Shown in pieces: positions 1 to 10,509 of a stretch of 64,000 nucleotides of DNA. Position 1 is the first letter of the stretch, and each line of letters starts with the position of its first letter. Source of the stretch: Cenarchaeum sp. GTDB taxonomy: Archaea > Thermoproteota > Nitrososphaeria > Nitrososphaerales > Nitrosopumilaceae. Both the position numbers and the translations under genes were made by a program. The notes beneath the pieces were generated by a model that saw nothing but the letters and a program-made list of their open reading frames with translations, had not been told where the DNA came from and did no database searches. The DNA lies in the NCBI GenBank assembly GCA_965242695.1, contig CBDESU010000002.1, positions 448,001-512,000 on the forward strand, given 5' to 3'.

Positions 1-951
1 TGGGCCTCGATCCTGCCGTTGCGGGCCCGTCCAGAGCGGCCAGGGCTGCTGCGCGGTACTCTGCCGGTTTGGTCAGATGCACGGGCGAATTCTCGCGCGG
101 GCCTTACGCCGCAGCATGCGCATTCAACGGCGGGCAGGGACTGCGAAAGCTGGGCATATTTCACTGCGTCTGGCTTTTGAGTGCAATGCTGACAGTATCG
201 TCAATTGCGTGCATGATGACCCTTGAGGATCTAAGCGACGAGGTCTGGCCCATGATGGCGATCACCGGCGACGCGTGGAGGCCCCGCGACGGGCCGCAGG
301 GTGAAGGGGGAGGGGACCGGCTCAACAGGCGCCGCCGGCGCGCACTCCGCGACCTGCGGGCCAAGAAGCGGCGCGCCGGCGTAGCCCGCAGGAAAGCGAG
401 GCGGCGCGCCAGGCGCCGCCGCGTCCATGCGGCACGCTAGGCGCAGGGCAAAGGCGGATCGCAAAAGGCGCCCATGAAGGCCAAAAACCATGCAGGGCAA
501 GGCGAAAAAGCATCCCTGGTGAGTGGCCCCGGTCTTGACAGGGACGCGGCTGTGCCGCCCGCCGTGCGCCGGACGGGGATGCCCAGGCGCGTCAGGTACC
601 GCACCCCGCAGCGAGTGCTGCACATGCTAGACGGCGGCCCGCCTCCGTGAAGGCGGGTGAAAACGGCTCCGGCGAACCTGCGGCGGCGCGGGACGGCGCG
701 GGGGATCCACGCCGTTCGGAGACGGATGGATCGCTGGGCTTGACAGGGAGGATGCCCGACGGCGAGGAGCGATTCGGAAGCGGCGCTGTCGCTCCTGCGC
801 GGACGCGAGGCGGCCGGTGGGCGCCGGCGCCCTGAAGAGGCCCTCCGATGGCGGCGCGAGGCGGTCTGCGCCCCCGTGGAGACAGCGCCCTCCCACTCAG
901 GCCATGCGCCGGGGCGGAGCGATTAAGTAGTGTTCCACGCGGGCGCGCGGC

Positions 952-1458
952 ATGGGCGAACCACCCGCTGACGGCCCAACGAACAAGGCGAATGCCACGC
1001 TAGACAGCGCGGCAAAAACCGCAGCGGCCGCACTAGCCGCACTTGATGCGGCCGATGCGGCCACGCGGGATGCGGCGGCACACCTAGACGACATGTTGGC
1101 GGCGCGCGGAGACACTCTCAATGGTGAACCCGCCAGTGAACTAGACGATGCAACGGGCAGCGCCATGGCCGCCATCGCTCGCGGCGCCCTTGATGCCCTA
1201 GATGACGCCGCGGCGCGAACCGCCGCGGCGCGAACCGCCTTGGCCGCCGCGTCCAACGCCCTGGCCGCCGCGGGCACCGCAGAGCCGCCGCATGTCATGC
1301 GCATCCTGCAGCGCGCCCTAGCCGCGGCCGGCGCCGGCGCCAGCGGCTCCACCGCCCGCAAGGCCGTCAACAGCGCCCGCAAGGCCGTCAACAGCGCCCG
1401 CAAGGCCGTCGATGCCGCTGATGCAAATCATCCAATTGCAGTGTCGACAGGCATGTGA
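952..1458 (+). CDS. Ala-rich helical hypothetical protein
   Basis: 168-aa ATG ORF with ATTAAGTA at 922-929 (TATA-like, 23-30 nt upstream) and internal AAART x2 and ARKAVNS x~2.7 repeats. No family motif recognised. Confidence 0.55.
   Translation: MGEPPADGPTNKANATLDSAAKTAAAALAALDAADAATRDAAAHLDDMLAARGDTLNGEPASELDDATGSAMAAIARGALDALDDAAARTAAARTALAAASNALAAAGTAEPPHVMRILQRALAAAGAGASGSTARKAVNSARKAVNSARKAVDAADANHPIAVSTGM
1353..1410 (+). repeat. 21-bp in-frame tandem repeat (CGCCCGCAAGGCCGTCAACAG x~2.7)
   Basis: Read directly from the sequence; encodes ARKAVNS. A 15-bp tandem (GCCGCGGCGCGAACC x2) lies at 1207-1236. Confidence 0.9.
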
Positions 1459-1459
1459 T

Positions 1460-2130
1460 CGTCCGGCCGCAGGGGCGCCAGCCCGGCGAACGGCACTGGA
1501 GGCGGGGTCCAAGGCGTGGCCCGCGTACCTTTGCGGCCCGAATCGCCTGTTTTTTCGTCATTCTTGGCCCCTTTATGTCCAAGACGTCGCATATCCGCAC
1601 CACCTTCTTGCGGTTGACCCGGCGCCGCATCTCGTACGACGCGGTGTGCGCTAGCATCCTCGTCCCGAGGCGGGCCTCTCGGAGGATATGCAGGTCACGG
1701 CCTTTGCGACTGCCGTGTCGATGCCCTTCTCAACGGGCCTCTTCTTGTGGTAGACGCCTAGCGCGAGACGCTGCAGTACCTTGGCGCCCGGTCAGGCTCA
1801 TCCTGCCCTCCGCTACCCTCTTGACCGCGCTCGCCCTCTCCTCAACTCCCAGCTTTTTTTTAACTCTGTATTGACCAGGGTCGGCTCGCCGACGGCGATT
1901 TTGAGCGACCCGTTCTCCCTGGCCAGCGCCTTGGCCGGATCGCTCCTGCCGTTGCCCCCTATGCCGCCAAGCTCCCTCTTGCCCGCATCCATGAACCTCT
2001 TGCGCCGGTTGTCGAACGTGGTCGGCGAGAGGCCGTGCTTGCGGCATGTCCCGGCCACGCCGATGTTCGTCGAGAGGTACTCGACCACTATGTCCACCCG
2101 CTCCTTGGCGGTCCACCGCTTGTGCGTCAT
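1460..2130 (-). mobile_element. Decayed IS3-family element (orfA HTH plus broken orfB remnant)
   Basis: 1813..2130 encodes KRWTAKERVDIVVEYLSTNIGVAGTCRKHGLSPTTF...ARENGSLKIAVGE (HTH_Tnp_1-like). An A8G slippery run lies at ~1853-1861 on the minus strand. The downstream fragment RRVNRKKVVRICDVL resembles the orfB N-terminus. No DDE core remains and ends were not identified. Confidence 0.7.
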
Positions 2131-2533
2131 TTTTTCGCCTCCCCGGCGCCCCCGGGGCTCCTAACCCCTCCCATTCCAATCGTTCTCACTATACGGGCCC
2201 TCGCCACTGGCCCCTCGGCCGCGCTGGCGCTGCGCGCGCCCTTGTCCCGCGCCGCGTGCGGGCGCGCGTTGCGGCAGCTTCCCGGGCGGCATGCTGTCCT
2301 TCGCCCGGGCGGTGAACCTGCTGCGCCGCGCGGCAAGTGCGGGAAGTAGCGCCGGCGGCACAGGGGCCAGGAGCGGCGGCAGTGAGAGGAGAGGCGCATC
2401 GTGCGGCGCATCCTGCCGGCCGGCCAATAGGCAGGAGTGGGCCGCCGCGCCAGGCGTCAGCGAGGGAAGCTGCAAGGATCCCGGTGCCTCCGCTCTGGAA
2501 TGATCTGCCAGAGCCTGCCGCCGGCCACCCGGA

Positions 2534-3000
2534 TCACCCGTCCCCGGGCTCGGCCCCCTGCATCTCGATGAGGCGGGCGCCGTCCCTGATCGCGGACTCC
2601 AGTGCGTCGATTGTGCCGTCCATGCCGCCCTCGCCGAGCCTTTCGTCCAGGGCGTAGGCAATCCCCCTTTGGTAACCGGACGGGAGCACCACGTTGTGTA
2701 GTCGGCCCCGGGCGCCCCACCCATCCCATGCGCGGAACTTGGACACTCCCTCCAGGACGTTGGCCTCAAGTCGGTCGCGGCGGTGGGGCCCAGTACGACT
2801 AGGGCCTTGCCGCGCCCAGCGAACTTGGCAGGCTCCTTTGATATGTGCGGGTCCCGGAAGGAGTACCCGATGACGATGCACGCATCGAACGAGAGCGCTT
2901 GGCCGAACCGGCGCAGGATTGCAGCGTACGGCCCTTTCCGGGCCGCCTCGCCCTTGGCGTCCAGCGGGGGGCGCATGTACGCGCGGAAGATCTGGGCTGA
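2534..3000 (-). pseudogene. Truncated, frameshifted SIR2-like (SIR2_2) C-terminal fragment
   Basis: PYAAILRRFGQALSFDACIVIGYSFRDPHI...GKALVVLGP matches PYNTTFEAFSTALGLSDACIVVGFSLRDVYI...GKLLIVVDP of the intact SIR2-like gene at 24719-25831. The frame changes near 2765 and the N-terminal GAG and HGS motifs are absent. Confidence 0.65.
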
Positions 3001-3227
3001 GGCGGAAACAGCCCGCCCCTGGGCATCTCCTTGCCTGCCCCCATTTGGCCGGCAGCGCTTTATACCGCGATCCTAGGGTGTCACGGCCCGGGCCGGGGCG
3101 GGGGCGCAGGCCGCTCCCGATCCTGCCCCATTTTCTCACCTCCAACTCGCTCATTGCGGGCGCCGGCATCCGGCGGCCGTGACCGCCGCTTTTTGCACTC
3201 GACATGCAAACTCGGCGGAGGATGCCC

Positions 3228-3695
3228 TTAATGCTCAAGCGCACGATCAAACGCGACAATGACGCGCTTTGCTCCGGCATGGTATGCGCAAATTTCGTCA
3301 AAAGATGTTTGGATCTGCTCTCCATGAGCGCTTTTGTTCCTGTTTACTACAATATTCGCGTACTGGTTCAAGTCCGCCTCACTTGTGTTCTGCGTGAACC
3401 TGCTCAAGCATTCCCCGCCGAATTTCTTCAAAACGCCCTTGAGCGCGTCGGGGTGCACGGGCGCGCGCCGCTCTAGCAGGAATTTTACATACGACGTCAC
3501 GCCGGGGTCTCCCGATTTTTGAACTCTCTTCAATATGATGCCCTTTATTTCCATTTCATAGTGGCCGCATATGTGGACTAGCATGAACCTGGTCAGCTGG
3601 TTTTCAATGATCGTGTACCTAGACTCCGTTTGGTCTAGGTGCTGGCTCCACAGCGCAAGATCGTCGTCAGCTGTGTCGAGGGCCGTGAAGATCAC
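3228..3695 (-). CDS. HEPN-domain RNase (RiboL-PSP/MAE_28990-like)
   Basis: 155-aa helical protein with RxxxxH motif RNKSAH (3324-3341) and a GHYE helix. Its start overlaps the DUF262 stop by 4 nt (GTGA). Confidence 0.75.
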   Translation of the reverse strand: MIFTALDTADDDLALWSQHLDQTESRYTIIENQLTRFMLVHICGHYEMEIKGIILKRVQKSGDPGVTSYVKFLLERRAPVHPDALKGVLKKFGGECLSRFTQNTSEADLNQYANIVVNRNKSAHGEQIQTSFDEICAYHAGAKRVIVAFDRALEH

Positions 3696-4834
3696 CCGAA
3701 CAGAACTTTATTGGCAATTTCTAGGCGTGACTTGACAGCGGACACGTCAGCGGTGGCCACGACCGAGGACTTCGCGAACAGGTCGCTTTCCTTGAGGCTT
3801 TCAACCCGTTCCTTTATGTTGCTGGGAATGCTGCCGGCATTGCGCGCAAACGCTACAAATACAGAGTCTAGGAGGGGGGCCTTGAGGGCTCCGCGCGAAT
3901 TGTGGAACGGGCGCTCGCCGAGGCAGTCGACTATGCTCCTGCACACGTTGCCAAAGCGCTCTTTTTCCTGCAGGATAAACGCATCCGGCGGGTCGCGCAT
4001 GCTGTGCATGAACGCGGACAGGAAATCCTTCATGGGCTGATGGTACTTGTTCCCATTACAGGCAAGCGACATGCAGCGAAGTGCAAGCTGTATGTCGTTC
4101 ATGCGCGGATCGGGGTAGGGCTTGCCCAAGATTTTTCTCCAATCCTTGTCGTTGTTGATCTCGCGAAGAAGGTTGTTGAGCTTGCCATCATATATGCAGT
4201 TCCTAATCTCCTGCTGGGACAACAGGGTGCCGCCCGTGTTAAGACGCTCGAATATGTGGTAGGCCACGCTGCCGTTTGCATCGGGGCGCATGTGCCGGAT
4301 CAGTATGGATCGTAGCACCTGGTTTTTTAGTCTTTTTTGGATGTGCTCGGGAAGATCGTCAAACCCTTTTCCATAAATTTCGTTGTCCTTGTTTATTCCG
4401 ACGATCTTAAACTTTCTGTTTGATTCTTGCCTGCCCTTTTTCTTGAAATAGCCGCCAAAAAAGTAAAATATGGTCAAAAGCCTTTGCATGCCATCTATCA
4501 CCAGCGCGTTCTCGTCCTTGTCCGTCATTAGAAACACGGGCGGTACGGGAAGATCCATCATGAACGACTCTATGAGCCGGGACGCCTGCTTGGATGTCCA
4601 TACATACCCGCGCTGAAATTCCGGTAGGACTATGGACTCATTTTTCCACATTTCATAGAGCGTACTGAGCGTATAGTCGGCCGGCATGTACATAATGTCG
4701 TACTTTTGAGGCGTCGTCTCGCCGTTTTTGTCTTCGTCGATGTCCTCGATCTGAAGCGCATCGTGCGCTGGTTCATTGTGGCTGTCACGCGCATCCTTTT
4801 CCGATACCGTGTGCGGGCTAGGCTGGCCTTCCAC
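3692..4834 (-). CDS. DUF262 (ParB/Srx-like, GmrS-type) protein
   Basis: Motifs PEFQRGYVW, SRLIESFMMDLPVPPVFL, VIDGMQRLLTI and IFERLNTGGTLLSQQEIRN. Confidence 0.9.
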   Translation of the reverse strand: MEGQPSPHTVSEKDARDSHNEPAHDALQIEDIDEDKNGETTPQKYDIMYMPADYTLSTLYEMWKNESIVLPEFQRGYVWTSKQASRLIESFMMDLPVPPVFLMTDKDENALVIDGMQRLLTIFYFFGGYFKKKGRQESNRKFKIVGINKDNEIYGKGFDDLPEHIQKRLKNQVLRSILIRHMRPDANGSVAYHIFERLNTGGTLLSQQEIRNCIYDGKLNNLLREINNDKDWRKILGKPYPDPRMNDIQLALRCMSLACNGNKYHQPMKDFLSAFMHSMRDPPDAFILQEKERFGNVCRSIVDCLGERPFHNSRGALKAPLLDSVFVAFARNAGSIPSNIKERVESLKESDLFAKSSVVATADVSAVKSRLEIANKVLFG

Positions 4835-5225
4835 GCCGCGGAGCGATCGGATTTGTCTTATGAGTGTTTAGTATGCCCAAAGAGGCAAGCCAGATAAGAA
4901 ATTTTTGGGCAAATGACGGCATATCGAGTGATAAATTTGTGCTTATGCGCGCACATTTTCAAATAACTCGCATAATGGCGCAAATACTGGCCTGCTGTGG
5001 ACAAACTGCCGCAAATCCGTGCAGGCATCGGCGGCTCGGGAGGAGAATGGTCTGCGCGCGGTGGGCCCATGCCGCCCCATGTACGAGGCGGCACCGCGTC
5101 TTGCCAGGCGCCCTGCAGCCGAGCAGCTTCGGCTCGGGACCAAAAGCCGGCAGGGTTGTCCCGCGCGCGCCATTCATGGCGGCGGGGGCCTGCGCGTCTA
5201 GATACGACTATGCTACAGGCCGCCG

Positions 5226-8200
5226 CTAGTCGCGCCGCCCCATCTCGGCGAGGAGGTCTAGGGCGGCCGGCCACCCGACGGCGGCGAACGCATCGAGGAC
5301 GTCGATGCAGCGGTTCCACTCGTCGTCGTAGAGGGAGTGGTGCGACAGGAGTCCCCCGAGGATCTTCAGTGAACGGTCCGCCATAGCAGGTTCGGACGCC
5401 GCGGTGCCACCGTGTATTTTTATGATCTTGTCCAAGCAGGCAAGGGCAAATTCTGGAACTTCTGCCCAAAATTTGTCCAGGAATTTTGTCAGTGCATCAG
5501 CAATGAAAATATCAAGAGGTTTTTCGTCTAACAGTAGCATCATGCGTGACAAGTGCCTTGTGATCTTTTTAATATATTTACGGTCGTCTATGTCAGGATT
5601 TTCGTCAAAGTCGCTTAGTGTGAGGAACACCACTTTTCTCCGTACGTTAGAAGAAGAGTCGCCTAGGAGCCGATAGAGGAGGTCAAGGGCTGCATCCGAA
5701 TGCTTCCATGATCTGATATAGTCTTTTTTCAGTACAAACGAAATGTCGATCCGCAGCTGGTCATCAAACTCTCTCTTGTCTACTATGCGGTCGAGCAACC
5801 TTGTCGCATGGGGCTCCTCCAAGCAGATTGCCAACCGTAAGAGTGGGGCGGCAATGCCCATCGGTGCCGGAGTCGATGCAACCAGTATGTTCCCTATCAT
5901 AGCCGATGCCGACGCGGGCTCTTTCGGGATCATATGGGGCAGGAAGGCGGGCAGGTAGAATCTCACGTGCGGATCTGGATCACGGCTATACGCCAGCGCT
6001 ATGGTACGGGCCATATCGTAGTGATCCGGCGACAAGAGGCGGAGTGATCTGGCTACGTCGCTGCGCACTAGGTTGACAGGATCTTCCGACAGCTCGCGTA
6101 TGGCCTCTAGGACATCTCCACTTTTCCTCTCGGCCGAGATCCTAATCAGGCACTCGGCGACCAAGCCGCGCACGTTCGGGACGACTTCGCGGGCGACTTC
6201 AGGCGGGTTTTCTGCGTCTTGCTCTGGGTCCTCGTCGTGCTTGCTACGGAGGAGTAATGCCTCCATTTGTAACAGGAGGGTCTCTTCTAGGCCGCCGTGC
6301 GGCCCGCCGAGCACCTTGGCCATATTCTGTAAGAGTTTGATTTTTTTGTCGCGGCCAAGATCGTCGCCGATCACCGCCCGTACGGCAGCGAGCGGGTCGT
6401 GCTCTGCGGCCTTCTCGTCAGGGAGATCGTAGAGCGTGACGGACGGAGGAGGCACATCCGTTGTAGTCTGCTTGGGAAACTGGTCTACGATTGAGGCATG
6501 CTCGGTGGACAGAACGGCGCGCGGCAGCTCCGAGAAGAATGCGGCGCGCGCCTGGGCAGTTTTCCGCATTTCGGCCCCGGTCAGGTCGCGAGGGGAGTTT
6601 GACCTAGCGATCGCATTGCAGATGCGCTTTGCCTGAGCTTCGTCGAGCATGCCGACGGCGCTTCCAATCGCATCGCGGACGCTGCGTTGGAGTGCGTGTG
6701 ACTCATACACGTGCGGGTCAGATAGGAGGACGGCAAGGTCGTCAGCAAGCCGGGGAGTCCGTATTGCCACGGCGTCGACCAGCATACGGCGAAACGAAAC
6801 AAGCCTCGTGTTTTTGAACGCAGGAATCAGGCATGAAAGGTCTTCATCGCTACACCCGTCAATGTAGTTTCTAACATGGCTTAAAGGATCTTCACCATCT
6901 GAAGGCGCCATCTGCCTATACCGCCACAATGGATCGTTGGCCAAGCCGTTGCCCTGCCTTTCTAGGATGTCATGGTTTATCCGCTCTGCGGCCAGTATTA
7001 CTGCTCTCACCATGACGGTAGGATTGGCCTTCAACAGTCCGGGAAGCATCGTGCAAAGGTCCCATTTGTTGTAAAGGTTGTCTTGCGCCTTTGTACTTGT
7101 CAGTTCTACTGCCCCGTAGCTCCCCATGCTCGTTTTTTCGGAGGATGTCTCCTCGTGCGAATAGAGGTTGCAGAAGACGACAGGGACCGCATCCGGATTG
7201 CTATCCAGCAAGCGAGGGAGGTTGTGCGCAACGCCCGAGCGCACACGCGGATCGCCGTCCCTTGACATCGCCCTTAGCAGCTCGGCCTTGCCGGTGGCAT
7301 CTATGTCGGCAAGCAGCACGACTGCTTCTTTGCGCGCCTGTCCGTTCTTGTTGCTTTTCGCAAGCTCGCGGGCTACGGCAAACACACCGTTGTGGTGCCG
7401 CGCATCGGCAGCGGCCACCTTCAAGCAGTCGACGATAAATGATCCATTGTGGTTGTCTGCATCTGTCGCCCAGCCGGCAAGCGCGCCTCCCCACACGGGA
7501 AACCACGACTCAGAAGGTTGCTTTGCCAGCGCTATGAGAAAATGTCGCTGGAGTATAAAATGGTCAGCCAGCAGTGTCTCAAGCCGGAGGCAGGCGGCGC
7601 ACTTTTCGTCGTGCAGCACGGCGGCGAGTGCTGCGATCGCGGCGTTCTTCCAGTAGTGCCGGATGTCGGCCCGCGCGATCTCCTCCACAAGTGTTGCAAA
7701 TCCTTTCGCATCCCTCTCGTGCGCCATCGCAAACGTGAGGGATAGCGTCGGGAGCAGAAAGATGTTGTGCTCGTCGGCGTGCAAATAGTCCGTCAAGGAC
7801 TGGTGCCGCTCGAGGAGGGCCCGAGACATGACATAGTCCAGGTATGCGTGGTGGAAGTAGCGGATCATGCCCCCGCCCCCGGTGCGCTCTAGCATGTTCG
7901 AGCTCTGCGCGGCCTCGGCCGCCTCTTGGTCGTCCGGGCCGTACGGTATCGTCGTCTTGCGCACCTTGAACATGGCCTCGGCCATGCCGTAGAGCTCGTC
8001 CTTTACGCGTATCTTTAGAGGATCAAGCTCTACATAGTGGTGCCAGTGGGTATCGTACAGGTCTATCTCGCTCCTGATCGACGCAAGGTCTGCCCCAGTC
8101 GACCTTTCCAGCACGAGTGAGAGGATGTGCAGGTTGAGCGGGACGGCGAGCAGTTCCTTCAGTCCGGGAGGCACGGGCGGGCTGCCGATCTCGCCCAGGA

Positions 8201-9740
8201 TTCGGTCGATCTCGGCGCCTGGCAGCGGCCCCAGGTCATACCTTGAGCCCCAGTCGGTCGTCCCGAGAAGGGGAGAGTTCCCGTAGTCGTAGCTTCGCAC
8301 CGTGACGACAGTCCTTGCGCCGGCGCCCCAGACCATCCCGAACAGCAGCTTGAACGCGCGCATGGTCTTTTCGTTGCGCCCGGCCGCATCAAGCGAGTCG
8401 AATATTATCGTCATCTCTCTCACCCCTCCTGGCGGCGCGGCGCGGCTCACAATGTCGACAAGGCTGCGGCCGTGGACGACGGCCCGGTCCAGCTCTTCGG
8501 CCGACTCGATGCCGAGAAAGTCGTCGCATCTGACGAGCAGGGCCGCCTCGGATGCGGCGAGGTCCTCGTATAGCAGGCGCGACAGGACGCTCTTTCCAGA
8601 GCCCCTGTCGCCGACTATGGCCACCCGGCCCTTGTCCTCGAGAAGCTCCTTGATCTCGCCGATCTCCTTGCTCCGGTCGATGACGGTTTTTTCGCCGATC
8701 CTGCTGAAGATGGACTCTGCGGCACCCCTGCCCGCCATGCCCATCAGGTCGCGATCCGTCGCATCGCGACCGGTATCCGCCGCGGGCTCCTGCCCTCCTT
8801 CCCTTGCATCCTTTACAACGCGCGCGATCTCGTTCATGATCGACTCGGGATCGCCCTTGTCCCAGTACCTCATGAAGGTGTCGGCGAGCATCGGAAGCTT
8901 GGGCGCAACTTTGGAATGGCTGGTCTTGTAGAGTATGGGGATGATCCTGTCCTCGAGGCGTCCGCCCAGCATCTTGCCAAGCTCGATCATCGCGTACCGG
9001 CTCTTGTCGTACGCTGGGCTGACGATGGTCACTGCGTATGCGGAGCGTTCCAGTGCGCCCATGATGGTAGAGGACACCTTGTCGCCTATCGACAGGCGGG
9101 CAACGTCGCGCCACACGCGCAGGTCGCGGTGCACAAGCCCCGCCTCCAGCTTGGCCGCCACCTCCTCGCCGTCCTTGTGGGCGTAGGATATGAACACGTC
9201 CCACTTGAAGGCCGACGTTCCCTTGCCCGGCCTATCCGCCTCTGCAACGCGCCCGCCGCGGACGCACACGTCGCCCCGGATTGCAGCAGGGGCGGACTCG
9301 GCCCACTCGGCCCTCTTCCGGGACAGCTCGGACCTCGTCCCGGCCGGCAGGGCCTCGTACGCTTTCCTTATGCGGTCCCGGCCCCTCGGCGTGATGGCGA
9401 TCTCGGCGCCCGGCCCCTCCCCGCCGCCGGCGATCTCTATGTTCCTCGAGAAGAGCAGCTGCTCGGCATCGCCCTCGACGTGGCCGCTGCGCGGGCCGGA
9501 TGCCGTGCCGCAAAACGAGACGGGCTCTACGCGGCATCCGGCAAGGACGGTCGTAAGGGCAAGGAACACCTGCCGGACGAGGGCGGGCAGCCCCTGTACG
9601 GGCCGTGGGTCGGCGCGCAGGAGTATCAGGATCACGTCCTCTACGGTGAGGTCTATGTCGCACGACGTACGGCGGATCGCCTCGTCGATCTCGCCGACGG
9701 TGTAGAGGCGGCGGCCGTCGCCGGGATCGCCCCCGGTCAT
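5226..9740 (-). CDS. wHTH-TIR-STAND NTPase-helical repeat protein (Avs/NLR-like), ~1504 aa
   Basis: Start reassigned to ATG 9740 (ATGA overlap with the upstream gene). TIR_2 motif WDVFISYAHKD...IVSPAYDKSRYAMIEL, Walker A GDRGSGKS, Walker B IIFDSLD, YFHHAYLDY, and HEAT-like C-terminus (VRSGVAHNL, VRSDVARSL). Confidence 0.85.
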   Translation of the reverse strand: MTGGDPGDGRRLYTVGEIDEAIRRTSCDIDLTVEDVILILLRADPRPVQGLPALVRQVFLALTTVLAGCRVEPVSFCGTASGPRSGHVEGDAEQLLFSRNIEIAGGGEGPGAEIAITPRGRDRIRKAYEALPAGTRSELSRKRAEWAESAPAAIRGDVCVRGGRVAEADRPGKGTSAFKWDVFISYAHKDGEEVAAKLEAGLVHRDLRVWRDVARLSIGDKVSSTIMGALERSAYAVTIVSPAYDKSRYAMIELGKMLGGRLEDRIIPILYKTSHSKVAPKLPMLADTFMRYWDKGDPESIMNEIARVVKDAREGGQEPAADTGRDATDRDLMGMAGRGAAESIFSRIGEKTVIDRSKEIGEIKELLEDKGRVAIVGDRGSGKSVLSRLLYEDLAASEAALLVRCDDFLGIESAEELDRAVVHGRSLVDIVSRAAPPGGVREMTIIFDSLDAAGRNEKTMRAFKLLFGMVWGAGARTVVTVRSYDYGNSPLLGTTDWGSRYDLGPLPGAEIDRILGEIGSPPVPPGLKELLAVPLNLHILSLVLERSTGADLASIRSEIDLYDTHWHHYVELDPLKIRVKDELYGMAEAMFKVRKTTIPYGPDDQEAAEAAQSSNMLERTGGGGMIRYFHHAYLDYVMSRALLERHQSLTDYLHADEHNIFLLPTLSLTFAMAHERDAKGFATLVEEIARADIRHYWKNAAIAALAAVLHDEKCAACLRLETLLADHFILQRHFLIALAKQPSESWFPVWGGALAGWATDADNHNGSFIVDCLKVAAADARHHNGVFAVARELAKSNKNGQARKEAVVLLADIDATGKAELLRAMSRDGDPRVRSGVAHNLPRLLDSNPDAVPVVFCNLYSHEETSSEKTSMGSYGAVELTSTKAQDNLYNKWDLCTMLPGLLKANPTVMVRAVILAAERINHDILERQGNGLANDPLWRYRQMAPSDGEDPLSHVRNYIDGCSDEDLSCLIPAFKNTRLVSFRRMLVDAVAIRTPRLADDLAVLLSDPHVYESHALQRSVRDAIGSAVGMLDEAQAKRICNAIARSNSPRDLTGAEMRKTAQARAAFFSELPRAVLSTEHASIVDQFPKQTTTDVPPPSVTLYDLPDEKAAEHDPLAAVRAVIGDDLGRDKKIKLLQNMAKVLGGPHGGLEETLLLQMEALLLRSKHDEDPEQDAENPPEVAREVVPNVRGLVAECLIRISAERKSGDVLEAIRELSEDPVNLVRSDVARSLRLLSPDHYDMARTIALAYSRDPDPHVRFYLPAFLPHMIPKEPASASAMIGNILVASTPAPMGIAAPLLRLAICLEEPHATRLLDRIVDKREFDDQLRIDISFVLKKDYIRSWKHSDAALDLLYRLLGDSSSNVRRKVVFLTLSDFDENPDIDDRKYIKKITRHLSRMMLLLDEKPLDIFIADALTKFLDKFWAEVPEFALACLDKIIKIHGGTAASEPAMADRSLKILGGLLSHHSLYDDEWNRCIDVLDAFAAVGWPAALDLLAEMGRRD

Positions 9741-10201
9741 GCCATGCTCAGCTCCGTGAACACGTAGTATTCGCCGTCCCTGGAACTCCTCTTGACGAAC
9801 GATCCGAATGTCCTGACGCCCCCGCGCCGGAAGCACACGAACAGCTCCCTCTTGGAGACGGACACGGACGCGAGCGAGCGGTAGCGGCTCGCCCTGCGCG
9901 CCATGGCGGTGCGGTGCCTGGCAAGCAGGTCGGACGCGGTCACGCCCTCCCCGTAGTAGAGGCGCATGCGGCCTGCCACGCGCCGCTCCACCCTCAGGCC
10001 GGCGAGTATGTTGCCGACGCCCCTGTCGGCGCGCACAAACTCCATCGTGCAGCCGTGGCAGCGGAGGTACGACTCGGGCCTGCGGATATCCAGGAATCCG
10101 CCCGTTCCTCCCACTGTCACGCCGAGCCTTGCCCAGGCGAGGATCGGCCGTACCCGGTGCGCCCTGCCCCCGCAGAACGGGCAGGTGCGGGAAGAGTCCA
10201 T
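9737..10201 (-). CDS. Zn-ribbon protein (CPFC...CHGC), cassette copy 1, 154 aa
   Basis: ATG at 10201 preceded by TTTATTAC. End-to-end similar to 43785..44258. Its stop overlaps the next start. Confidence 0.8.
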   Translation of the reverse strand: MDSSRTCPFCGGRAHRVRPILAWARLGVTVGGTGGFLDIRRPESYLRCHGCTMEFVRADRGVGNILAGLRVERRVAGRMRLYYGEGVTASDLLARHRTAMARRASRYRSLASVSVSKRELFVCFRRGGVRTFGSFVKRSSRDGEYYVFTELSMA

Positions 10202-10224
10202 GGAGGGGGCGGCCGGGGCCTGTG

Positions 10225-10232
10225 GTAATAAA
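10225..10232 (-). promoter_or_regulatory. Archaeal-type TATA-like box TTTATTAC
   Basis: AT island in GC-rich DNA, 24-31 nt upstream of ATG 10201. The same 8-mer occurs 23-30 nt upstream of paralog start 44258. Confidence 0.6.
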
Positions 10233-10509
10233 CAAGGACGAGTGATGAGGTGGGCGGGCGCTCGGGGAGACGGCAGGGAGGCCACGGCGGCCCGCCCCGC
10301 AGCAGGGGCGGCGCGGCAGGGGCGGCAGGGGCGCCTGTAGAGGCCGCCGCCCCGCATGCGGCCGTGTCGGCGCACCGACGGGAGGGCGTGCCGCAGCCGC
10401 AGCCGCAGCCTCCGCCGCTCCGGCGGCGCGTGGGCGGCGTCATTCCGGCGGGGCGCAAGCAGGGCTGCGCCTATCGCCGGCTTTGGGGCGGCCGCCGCGG
10501 ACGCCCCCC

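Noticed and set aside
69-625. Short ORFs at the window start, and 26262-26639, as real genes
   Set aside because: They have a hydrophobic patch and Arg-rich tail but no recognisable family. The evidence is insufficient and they may be remnants.
9741-10235. N-terminal extension of the 1669-aa ORF (and likewise 43789-44241 of the 1079-aa ORF)
   Set aside because: Arg/Pro/Gly-rich shadow reading over the Zn-ribbon genes. The ATGA overlaps and paralog alignment define the true starts.
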